The translations under genes and the position numbers were made by a program. From a bacterium (GTDB lineage Bacteria > Actinomycetota > Acidimicrobiia > Acidimicrobiales > CATQHL01), in contig JAPOYM010000130.1 in assembly GCA_026706565.1 (NCBI GenBank), positions 1 to 46,425 of the forward strand: a stretch of 46,425 nt of DNA, read 5' to 3'. Every line of letters starts with the position of its first letter. The stretch's first letter is position 1. The notes beneath the pieces are model-generated. The model was given only the letters and a program-made list of their open reading frames with translations, was not told the DNA's origin and did no database searches. This document shows positions 30,526 through 38,682 of the stretch, in pieces.

Positions 30526-32986
30526 GGGCATGGAGGACGCTCGCAGCGCTGGCTTGGAGCAGATGGCGAAGGCGCTCCACCAGCGCGACGGCGAGCAGAC
30601 GACGAGGATGGCCGCGGCCATTCTGGCCAATGCCCTGGTCGTCCACTACGCCATCGCGGGCACCGAGGAGGCCATTCGGCCCCCGAGCCACCCGACGCTC
30701 CGCGGCCACGAGAACGTCCTGTTGCCTGGGGCAGTCCAAGAAGTGTGGCGAGCCATTCTGGAGGTGAATTACTGGCCGATCTTCAAGGTGGCACACGACG
30801 TGCTGAGAGCCATGGACACGGCCACCGCCGGCCGGGCGCTGCGGCGCCTCGACGAGTCGGCGCGCCGGCTGGTGGGCCTGGGCGCCGCCACCATCGGCGA
30901 CCTGGCCGGCCAGATGTTCGGACAGCTCATCGCCGACCGGAAGTTCCTGGCCACCTTCTACACACAGCCGTCCTCGGCCACTCTGCTGGCCGAGTGGGCC
31001 GTGGCGCGCCTTCAGGTCGACTGGGACGACGCCGAGCGGGTCAGCGGACTGCGAGTAGCGGACCTGGCCTGCGGCACCGGCGCACTGCTGTCAGCCGTCT
31101 ACCGCCGCATGATCGCCCGCCTGCGCCGGGCCGGCCTAGACGACGCAGACCTGCACTGCCGGATCATTGAGAACGTCCTCATCGGCTGCGACATCATGCC
31201 CGCAGCGACCCACCTGACCTCGGCCCAGCTGGCCTCGGCGCACCCCACGGTGACGTTCGGGAACACCCGCATCCACACGATGCCCTACGGCGAGCACGAC
31301 CCGCGCGACGGCGAGGGCCCGAGACCCTTCATCGGGTCTCTGGAACTGTTGGAACCGGGCACCAAGCCGACCCTGTTCCGCACCGGGGCCACGACAGTCA
31401 CCGGCACCGGCGCCGTCGACGAGACAGGGATGAACCAGATCGACCTGCCTGACAGCAGCCTCGACCTAGTAATCATGAACCCGCCGTTCACACGACCCAC
31501 GAACCACGAAGTCGCGAACGTGCCGGTGCCGTCGTTCGCCGGCTTCGAGACATCGGAACTCGAACAGCGCGGCATGTCCAAGCGGCTGATCCAGCTACGC
31601 AGGCGGGTGTCGCACGCACGGGCCGGCGACGGCAACGCCGGGTTGGCGTCGGACTTCACGGACCTCGCTCATGCCAAGCTCCGGCCCGGGGGCGTGCTGG
31701 CCCTCATCATCCCCGCCGCGGTCGTTTCTGGCGGGGCATGGCGGCGGACGCGGCGGCTGCTTGGGGCCGAATACGACGACATCACCGTCGTGACCATCGC
31801 GGAGGGCAGCACCGCGGACCGCGCCTTCTCGGCGGACACGGGAATGGCCGACGCGATCCTGCTCGCAACCAAACGGTCCACCGGTCGCGCCGAGGGCGAG
31901 TCGCCCAGAGCCCGCTATCTGGTACTGGACCGGCTCCCGCAGTCGATCACCGCCGGGGTGGAGGTGGCCCGCGAGTCCCACTCCCGGACCGACCCCGGAC
32001 GGCTCACTGTCGGCGCCCAGCTCGTGGGCTGGTCGGTACACGGCGCCTTCGACGACGACGCGACCGGCCACCCGACAGGGGTCACGAACCCCGATGTGGC
32101 CGGGGCGGCGAGCGCTCTGGCCGACGGTACGCTGGAGCTGCCCCGCCACGAGAGTCTGCCGCTGCCGGTCGTCCCGCTGGGCGTTCTCGGGCGGCGCGGG
32201 CCGATAGACCGGGACATCGACGGGATAAGCCGAGGCAGGAACGGCGCGGCCGACGAACCTCGCGGGCCGTTCGACGTCGTTCGTCTCAGCAGTCGCGCTT
32301 CCTGCACGCGAGCAAGCTGGCCGATCCTCTGGTCCCACAGCGCTGCGGCCGAACGGCGCATGACCGTGCTGCCCTGCTCCGAGGGCATCCTCCGAGCCGG
32401 TATGAGGGGCGCGGCCCTGCGACTCTGGAACGGCTACCGCAACGCGGACGGCGCGCTCATCGCCGGCGCAGGACGGCTGCACATAAGCCGGGACTTTCGG
32501 CTGAACTCCCAGTCGCTGGGCGCGTGCCTCACGCCGAGACCAGCCATCGGAGGCCGGGCGTGGCCGTCCTTCTCGCCCACACCCTCCGCGCAGGAGCGGG
32601 CGGGGATCTGGGAGAAGGCGCTCGCAGTATGGCTGAACACCACGCCCGGCCTCCTCGCACGGTGGTGGGTCTCGAACCGCCAGCAGAGCGGCCGTGCCTG
32701 CCTGACGGTCACGACGCTCGGGTCCATACCCGCCCTGGACCTGCGCGTCGTCCCGGTCGAGGCGGTAACCGCCCTCGCCGCGACCTTCGACCGGTTCGCG
32801 GGGCGTGACCTTCTGCCGGCCAACGAGGCTTACCGCGACCCCCTCCGGTGCGAGTTGGACGAGGCGGTTCTGTGCGGAGTGCTCGGACTGCCGGAGTCGA
32901 TCCTGGAGCCGCTCGCCACGCTGCGCGAACAGTGGTGCGCCGAGCCGTCGGTGCACGGCGGCAAGGCCACGCGCCCGGGTTCCTAG
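30002..32986 (+). CDS. Type IIG-like fused restriction endonuclease / amino-methyltransferase, paralog 2
   Basis: Same N-terminal ~175 aa as paralog 1; ADLACGTGALL and IMNPPF; divergent C-terminal half. Confidence 0.8.
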   Translation: MARRTESSVNSDLAAALRLLHPAWTEQTVLAESTGVLTEGAGRRPDIVICNESRTGGVILETEFDPARTVESEARDRLGGTFAADGSPVEQVVAVRIPPEARTPGARLAALTYSYKVCTNGTEAVTWFPTGGWIRGTLADLAGFVETVSVSPRKLAEGVNALETGVAQATNIIRRGMEDARSAGLEQMAKALHQRDGEQTTRMAAAILANALVVHYAIAGTEEAIRPPSHPTLRGHENVLLPGAVQEVWRAILEVNYWPIFKVAHDVLRAMDTATAGRALRRLDESARRLVGLGAATIGDLAGQMFGQLIADRKFLATFYTQPSSATLLAEWAVARLQVDWDDAERVSGLRVADLACGTGALLSAVYRRMIARLRRAGLDDADLHCRIIENVLIGCDIMPAATHLTSAQLASAHPTVTFGNTRIHTMPYGEHDPRDGEGPRPFIGSLELLEPGTKPTLFRTGATTVTGTGAVDETGMNQIDLPDSSLDLVIMNPPFTRPTNHEVANVPVPSFAGFETSELEQRGMSKRLIQLRRRVSHARAGDGNAGLASDFTDLAHAKLRPGGVLALIIPAAVVSGGAWRRTRRLLGAEYDDITVVTIAEGSTADRAFSADTGMADAILLATKRSTGRAEGESPRARYLVLDRLPQSITAGVEVARESHSRTDPGRLTVGAQLVGWSVHGAFDDDATGHPTGVTNPDVAGAASALADGTLELPRHESLPLPVVPLGVLGRRGPIDRDIDGISRGRNGAADEPRGPFDVVRLSSRASCTRASWPILWSHSAAAERRMTVLPCSEGILRAGMRGAALRLWNGYRNADGALIAGAGRLHISRDFRLNSQSLGACLTPRPAIGGRAWPSFSPTPSAQERAGIWEKALAVWLNTTPGLLARWWVSNRQQSGRACLTVTTLGSIPALDLRVVPVEAVTALAATFDRFAGRDLLPANEAYRDPLRCELDEAVLCGVLGLPESILEPLATLREQWCAEPSVHGGKATRPGS

Positions 32987-33076
32987 ACCCATCGCGGTCG
33001 CCGCGGGCCGCGACGAGCCGCCGGCCAAGGGCTGGAGCCATCTCCCCGATCACAACCGACGGGCTGGCCGAACCCG

Positions 33077-33376
33077 TCACCCGCAGCCCAACAGCTCCGC
33101 CAGCAAGTCGACGATCTCGGCGGCCGTGCTGATCCGCCAGCCCACGTCGCAGCAGTCGCACGGATCTTGGCAGTGCCAGGTCCAGGCCCGATCCTCGACC
33201 ATCTCGAGCGGCGTGTAGCGCACGTCCATACACGGGCCGACAGCCGAGGCGATCCAGATTCTCCCCTGATCGGCCGACGCGACGACCTGATATCTCTTCA
33301 ACGGATGCCCGGGAGAGTCCGCTCGGCGGTCGATCTCCGCGACGATCGCTCGCACGGCGGTCTCGATTCCGGGCAC
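33077..33376 (-). CDS. Small hypothetical protein with Cys cluster HCQDPCDCCD
   Basis: The C-terminal 99 aa of ORF 33077..33916 have protein-like composition and lie in an otherwise empty gap; start GTG 33376 is a guess. Confidence 0.45.
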   Translation of the reverse strand: MPGIETAVRAIVAEIDRRADSPGHPLKRYQVVASADQGRIWIASAVGPCMDVRYTPLEMVEDRAWTWHCQDPCDCCDVGWRISTAAEIVDLLAELLGCG

Positions 33377-33623
33377 CCCGCCAGGGCGCGGGCCGACATC
33401 TCTGCTTTGGTCGGAACGATGCACAGACTGCTCCCTCCGGTCGATAACGAAGTTTCGGCTCGGGGAAGCGTTGCGCAGTGTACCGCCGAGGCGGATACAC
33501 CCGACGGGTTCCGGCGGTGGCATACTCGGCGGCGCTGACAGGCTCCGTAGGCACCGGCCGAACTGCCTGCGGCAGGCTTCGGCGGTCGCTGCCGGACCGC
33601 GGAGGAACGGGGAGGAGGCGGCG

Positions 33624-34484
33624 GTGCCCGAGTTGCCCGAGGTGGAGACGATCCGCCGCGAGCTGGCACCGCGGCTCCTCGGGCGTCGCATCACCGGCGC
33701 CGGCAGCCATCCCAGCGAGAAGTTCCTCCCCGCCCGGGAGGTGATCGGCGCAACCGTCCGCGGCGTGATCCGCAGGGGCAAGTACCTGCTCGCGGCGCTG
33801 AGCGGCGGGACGCAGACGGCTCCGGGCGGCGGAGCGGGCGCCGCGGCCCCAGCGGATGGGAGCGACGGCCGCGAGCTGGTGATGCACCTCGGCATGACGG
33901 GGCGGCTGCAGTTCACGGACGCTCCCCCGCCCAGTGACCGCTACGTACGGGCGTGGTGGCGCCTCGACGACGGCTCCGTCCTGGAGATGCACGACGTGCG
34001 CCGCTTCGGGAGGGTGCGGCTGGTCGCCGCCGGCTGCTACGACTCGATCCCGACCCTGGCGCAGCTGGGTCCCGAACCGCTGGGCGCGGATTTCAGCGCC
34101 GCCGGGTTGTGGACAGCGCTGCGCCAGAGCCGGCGCCGGGTGAAGACGCAGCTCCTCAGCCAGCGCCCGGTCGCGGGGCTGGGCAACATCTACGCCGACG
34201 AGGCTCTCTGGCGGGCCGGCATCAACCCAGCCAAGCGTCGGATCTCCCGAGCCGAGGCCACCGCCCTGCACGCCGCGATAGGCGAGGTGCTGCGCGGGGC
34301 CATCGGCCGCCGCGGCACCACGTTCCGGGACTACCGCACCCTGCTCGGCCCGGCGGGCGACAACTACGCCCATCTGGACTGCTACGGCCGCGGCGGCGAA
34401 CCCTGCCGCCGCTGCGGCGCCGAGCTGCGCAGCCGCCTCCTCGACGCCCGCAACACCACCTACTGCCCGGCCTGCCAACTCTGA
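33624..34484 (+). CDS. mutM: Formamidopyrimidine-DNA glycosylase
   Basis: PELPEVE N-terminus, RRGKYL, HLGMTG, DVRRFG, GLGNIYADE and C-terminal zinc finger; GGAGG RBS before GTG 33624. Confidence 0.95.
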   Translation: MPELPEVETIRRELAPRLLGRRITGAGSHPSEKFLPAREVIGATVRGVIRRGKYLLAALSGGTQTAPGGGAGAAAPADGSDGRELVMHLGMTGRLQFTDAPPPSDRYVRAWWRLDDGSVLEMHDVRRFGRVRLVAAGCYDSIPTLAQLGPEPLGADFSAAGLWTALRQSRRRVKTQLLSQRPVAGLGNIYADEALWRAGINPAKRRISRAEATALHAAIGEVLRGAIGRRGTTFRDYRTLLGPAGDNYAHLDCYGRGGEPCRRCGAELRSRLLDARNTTYCPACQL

Positions 34485-34643
34485 ACGAACGCAGACGCCG
34501 ACCGATTTGTCCATGACGGCGGAGGGGGGCCACCGCAATCTGCACACGGACCGGTACGGCCGCGCCGGGTGGCGAGAACTAGCGTTGCAGGCGGCAGGGC
34601 AACCCGCCGTGACCGGACACGCGACCCGACACGAGAACTCTCC

Positions 34644-35702
34644 ATGACCTACCGCCTGACGCAGTACAGCCACGGCGCGGGTTGAGCCGGCAAGCTCGGT
34701 CCCGACGACCTGGCGCAGGTTCTGCGCTCGCTCCCAACCCACGCTCACCCCGATCTGCTGATCGGCGCCGGGGACGACGCCGCCGTGTGGCGCCGGCCGG
34801 ACGGGCGCGCCCTGGTCTCGACGGTGGATTTCTTCGGTCCGGTGACCGACGACGCCGAGACCTGGGGGCGGATCGCCGCCGCCAACGCCGCCGGCGACGT
34901 CTACGCCATGGGAGGGCGCCCCCTGTTCGCGCTCAACATCGTCGTCTGGCCGCGGGACCGCCTGCCGCTGGACCTGCTGGCCGCGGTGCTGCGCGGCGGC
35001 GCGGCGATGGCCCGCGAAGGCGGTTGGCAGATCGTCGGCGGCCACACGACCGACGGGCCCGAGCCTGTGTACGGCCAAGCGGTGACCGGCGAGGTGCGAG
35101 CCGACCGGCTGATGCGTTGCGGGGGCGCCGAGCCGGGCCGGAGCCTCGTCCTCACCAAGCCACTGGGCACCGGCATCATCACGACCGCGCACAAGCGCCT
35201 CGCGCCCGGCGACCCGGCCCTGCCCGAGAGCGCCTTGGAGGCCGCGGTGGCGGAGATGACCCGGCTCAACGACACGGCGTCGGCCCTGGCCGTCGAGGCA
35301 GGGGTCACCGGGGCGACCGACGTGACCGGATTCGGTCTGCTCGGGCATCTCCGGGAGATGTGCGCGGCCAGCGGGACCGGCGCAGTCGTGCATGCCGCAG
35401 AGGTCCCGCTGCTGCCCGGGGCCAGATCCCTGGCCGCCGCCGGCCACGTCCCGGGTGGGACGGGCCGCAACGTCGCCGCCGTCCGGCGCCGTCTCCACGC
35501 CCGTACCGGAGAGCCCGACGCGGAACTCCTGAACATACTGGCCGACCCGCAGACCTCCGGCGGCCTGCTCCTGGCGTGCGAGAACGGCGCCGCTGATGAC
35601 CTCGTGGACGCCCTCGTCGCATCCGGTCACAGCGCCGCAGTCATCGGCGAGACCACCGGCTCGGTGCCCGCGGGGCGAATCGAGTTGGTTCTCGAGCCGT
35701 GA
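34644..35702 (+). CDS. selD: Selenide, water dikinase (selenophosphate synthetase) with probable selenocysteine at codon 14 (UGA 34683-34685)
   Basis: ATG 34644 reads MTYRLTQYSHGAG-(TGA)-AGKLGP, in frame with ORF 34785..35702 (GDDAAV, TVDFF-P, DVYAMGG, GGHT, LTKPLGTG, TDVTGFGLLGH, DPQTSGGLL). The UGA aligns with the catalytic Cys of E. coli SelD (RLTQYSHGAGCGCK). Confidence 0.92.
34713..34727 (+). promoter_or_regulatory. Candidate bacterial SECIS hairpin GCGCAG-GTT-CTGCGC
   Basis: Perfect 6-bp stem with a G-initiated loop about 33 nt 3' of the UGA; resembles the E. coli fdhF upper stem-loop GCAGGUCUGC. Confidence 0.55.
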
Positions 35703-36457
35703 GCAGTCCCGGCGCGGGACCCTCCACAGCCTCCGGTGCGGCGGGAAGCCCCCGTCTCTGGACCGCCGCCGGTCGCCTCGCCGTCCTAGCGGCGGCGCTC
35801 GCAGTGCTGCTGTCGGCGGCTTCGCTGCTGGTGGCACAGGACTACCTCGCCGCAGAGGGGGCCAGAGTCGTGATCGTCTCCTTCGCGCTGGGTGCGATCC
35901 CGTTCTCCAACCTGCTGGCGCAGTCAGTAGCGGCGACCGACCTGCGGACCGTCGGCAGCGGCACCGTTTCCGGCACGGCGCTGTACCGCGTGGCCGGCTT
36001 CGCTCCCCTCGCCGTCGGCGGGATCATGGACGTCGCCAAGGCGGCGCCGGGGGTCTTCGCCGCGGGTTCGGCCCCTGTGGTGAGCGCTGTGGCCGCGGGC
36101 GCCGCCGTGGCCGGGCACAACTGGTCGCCGTTCCTGCGGGGCGCGGGGGGCCGCGGCGTCTCGCCGGCCATGGGGGCGTTGGCGGTGGTCCACTGGCCCG
36201 GGGCCGTGCTGCTGTTAGCGGGGCTGGCCGTCGGCCGGGCGGTGCGCCAGACGGCGCTGGTGTCCTTCGGGGCCATGGCGGCGCTGCCATTCCTCGCGCT
36301 GTGGTGGGGCGGGCGCGACGCCGCTCTGGCGGGCGCCGCGGTCACCGCGGCGATGCTGCTGAAGCGGCTCACCGCCAACAACACCGTGCCCCCGGCGGGC
36401 CGGCGGGCGCGCGTCACGCTGCGGCGCCTGCTCTGCGACAACGACGGAGCGCCATGA
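35699..36457 (+). CDS. Divergent PlsY-family (glycerol-3-phosphate acyltransferase-like) membrane protein
   Basis: LGAIPFS...DLRTVGSG, DVAK and GHNWSPFL---GGRGV; multiple TM helices; GTGA overlap with the selD stop. Confidence 0.8.
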   Translation: MSSPGAGPSTASGAAGSPRLWTAAGRLAVLAAALAVLLSAASLLVAQDYLAAEGARVVIVSFALGAIPFSNLLAQSVAATDLRTVGSGTVSGTALYRVAGFAPLAVGGIMDVAKAAPGVFAAGSAPVVSAVAAGAAVAGHNWSPFLRGAGGRGVSPAMGALAVVHWPGAVLLLAGLAVGRAVRQTALVSFGAMAALPFLALWWGGRDAALAGAAVTAAMLLKRLTANNTVPPAGRRARVTLRRLLCDNDGAP

Positions 36458-36497
36458 GCGGGCGCCGGTCGAGCGCCGCGGGCACCGGGGGAACACC

Positions 36498-37748
36498 GTG
36501 AGCGCGCTGCGCCGCGTCCTCGGTGGCCAGGACTTCCGGCGGCTGCTCATCGGCCAGGGTGTCTCGGGCCTGGGGGACTGGATGGCCACGTTCGCTCTCA
36601 TGGCGCTGGCCTGGGAGGTGACCTCCTCGACCAGTGCCGTGGGCGGCATCCTCACGCTGCGCCTGCTGCCGGCGGCGCTCGGCGGCACAGTGGCCGCCCG
36701 GGTGTCGCTGCGCTGGGACCGGCGCCGCACCATGCTGGCGACGGACCTCCTGCGGCTGGGGATCGTGGCGATCATCCCCCTCATCGCCCAGCTCTGGTGG
36801 ATCTACCTGTGGGCGTTCGTGCTGGAGGCAGCGAGCGTCATCTTCCTCTCCGCCCGCGACGCCGCCGTGCCGGAACTGGCCGACGCCGACGACCTGCCCA
36901 CGGCGAACAGCCTGATGCTGGGGTCGTCCTTCGGGAGCATCCCCGTCGGTGCGGGCGCCTTCGCCGTGCTGACCCTGCTGCCGTTCGCGGACGCGGGTTG
37001 GCTGGCGTCCCGCCCGCACGCCGTCGTGTTCTGGATCGACGCGCTGACCTATCTGGTCTCGGCCCTGCTCATCGCCCGCATGGCGCCTCTGGGCCGGACG
37101 GCGGGCAGCCCCTCCACCGTCAGCGACGCCGGACGCCTGCGCGACGCGGCCCGCATCCCCCTCGTTCGCACGGTCATGCCCGCCGCCGCGGCCGTGGCGC
37201 TCGGCCTGGGGGCGCTCTTCTCGCTGGGCCTCAGCCTGGTGCGCGAGGAACTGGAGGCCTCGGACCTGGAGTTCGGGGTGCTGATCGCCATCTTCGGCGT
37301 CGGCGCCGGGGCGGGCCTGATCCTCGTCACCCGACTGTCCGGCCCGCTCCTGGGCACGACCCGCCTGGGCACACTCGGGATGGGCGCGCTGGTGGCGTGC
37401 ATGAGTCTCAGCCCCATGCTCTGGCTCACCTACTTGGGGGCGTTCGGCTTCGGCCTAGCGGCGACGGTCGCCCTCACCTCGGGGATGACGGCGCTGCAGT
37501 CCGGCACCGACGACGCTGAGCGCGGGCTCGCCTTCGCCGCCTTCCATATGGTCATCCGGATGGCGCTGGGGCTCTCCGCAGCCGGCGCCGGCGCCGTCGG
37601 CGACGCCCTCGACGCGGTGAGGATCTTCGACGCCTGGACTCTCAGCGGGACCAGGCTGGTGCTGCTGGCCTCGGGCATCCTCGTCGTCGCGAGCGCGGCC
37701 GCGGTCCGCTCGACCTCCGGCGCCGGGCAGTCCGGGGGAGGACAATGA
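36498..37748 (+). CDS. MFS transporter
   Basis: About 12 hydrophobic segments; FRRLLIGQGVSGLGDW and RWDRRRTMLATDLLR loop motif. Confidence 0.88.
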   Translation: MSALRRVLGGQDFRRLLIGQGVSGLGDWMATFALMALAWEVTSSTSAVGGILTLRLLPAALGGTVAARVSLRWDRRRTMLATDLLRLGIVAIIPLIAQLWWIYLWAFVLEAASVIFLSARDAAVPELADADDLPTANSLMLGSSFGSIPVGAGAFAVLTLLPFADAGWLASRPHAVVFWIDALTYLVSALLIARMAPLGRTAGSPSTVSDAGRLRDAARIPLVRTVMPAAAAVALGLGALFSLGLSLVREELEASDLEFGVLIAIFGVGAGAGLILVTRLSGPLLGTTRLGTLGMGALVACMSLSPMLWLTYLGAFGFGLAATVALTSGMTALQSGTDDAERGLAFAAFHMVIRMALGLSAAGAGAVGDALDAVRIFDAWTLSGTRLVLLASGILVVASAAAVRSTSGAGQSGGGQ

Positions 37749-37794
37749 CCGCCACCGCACAGGCCGGGGGCACCGCGGGGCCGTCGGGGGCGCC

Positions 37795-38637
37795 GTGACC
37801 GTCTCCGTCGTGACCGACAGCGCCGCAGCACTGCCCGTGGACCTGCAGCGGGAACTCGGCGTCACGGTAGTGCCGATCCTGCTCACGGTGGACGGCGAGG
37901 AGGTCGCCGACGACGCTCTGTCGCCGGCCGAACTCCTCGCTGCGGGAACCTTGAGCACGGCCGCCCCCGGTCCCGGGGCCTTCGCCCGCGCCGTAGCGGA
38001 GTGCCCGAGGGGCGACGGCGTGCTGATCCTGACAGTCTCAGCCAAGTTGTCGAGCTGCCACCGAGCGGCGGTTATGGGGGCGCGGGAGGCCGGCCGGCGC
38101 ACGATCGTGGTGGACACCGCCAACGCCGCCGGCGGGCAGGCCCTAGCGGTGCATGCGGCCGTCAGCGCGGCGGGGCGCGGGGCGCCGCTGGAGGAGGTCG
38201 CGGCGGCGGCCCGCCGCGTCGCCGCCCGCGTCCGACTGATGGGCGTCCTCGGCGGCCTCGACCAACTCGTGCGCAGCGGGCGGATACCCGCCGCGGCAGG
38301 ACGGGCAGGCGACCGACTCGGCGTGCGTCCGCTGTTCGACCTCCACGACGGCAGGATCCGCCGGCTGCTGCCGAGCCGCAGCACGGCGGGCGCCCACCGG
38401 CGCATCCTCGAGCAGATGCGCCAAAGCCGCCCGGCGGAGGTACACGCCCTCCACGTCGCGGCGGTGCATGCGGACGCGCACCACGACGCCCGGTCGCTCC
38501 TCGCGGCGGTCGAAGCGGAGAGCGAGCCGGCCACCGCGTTCGTCGGCGGGTTCGGCGGAGCGCTCGTGGCGGCAGCCGGCGTCGGCGTCTCCGGCCTCGC
38601 CTGGTGGTGGGAGCCTCCCCCCTACCGCCACGGCTAG
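37795..38637 (+). CDS. DegV/FakB-family fatty-acid-binding protein (divergent)
   Basis: VVTDSAAALP, SAKLSS, VVDT and LVRSGRI; 280 aa. Confidence 0.85.
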   Translation: MTVSVVTDSAAALPVDLQRELGVTVVPILLTVDGEEVADDALSPAELLAAGTLSTAAPGPGAFARAVAECPRGDGVLILTVSAKLSSCHRAAVMGAREAGRRTIVVDTANAAGGQALAVHAAVSAAGRGAPLEEVAAAARRVAARVRLMGVLGGLDQLVRSGRIPAAAGRAGDRLGVRPLFDLHDGRIRRLLPSRSTAGAHRRILEQMRQSRPAEVHALHVAAVHADAHHDARSLLAAVEAESEPATAFVGGFGGALVAAAGVGVSGLAWWWEPPPYRHG

Positions 38638-38682
38638 AGCCCACGACCGGGACGGCAGCGGCCTAGGCGCTCCGGTCGGGGC

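Noticed and set aside
33478-33500. Hairpin GTGTACCGCC-GA-GGCGGATACAC upstream of mutM as an ncRNA
   Set aside because: A single stem in GC-rich DNA with no family features; insufficient support.
32987-34643. tRNA-Sec (selC) near selD
   Set aside because: No UCA anticodon arm or T-loop found on either strand in the intergenic stretches.
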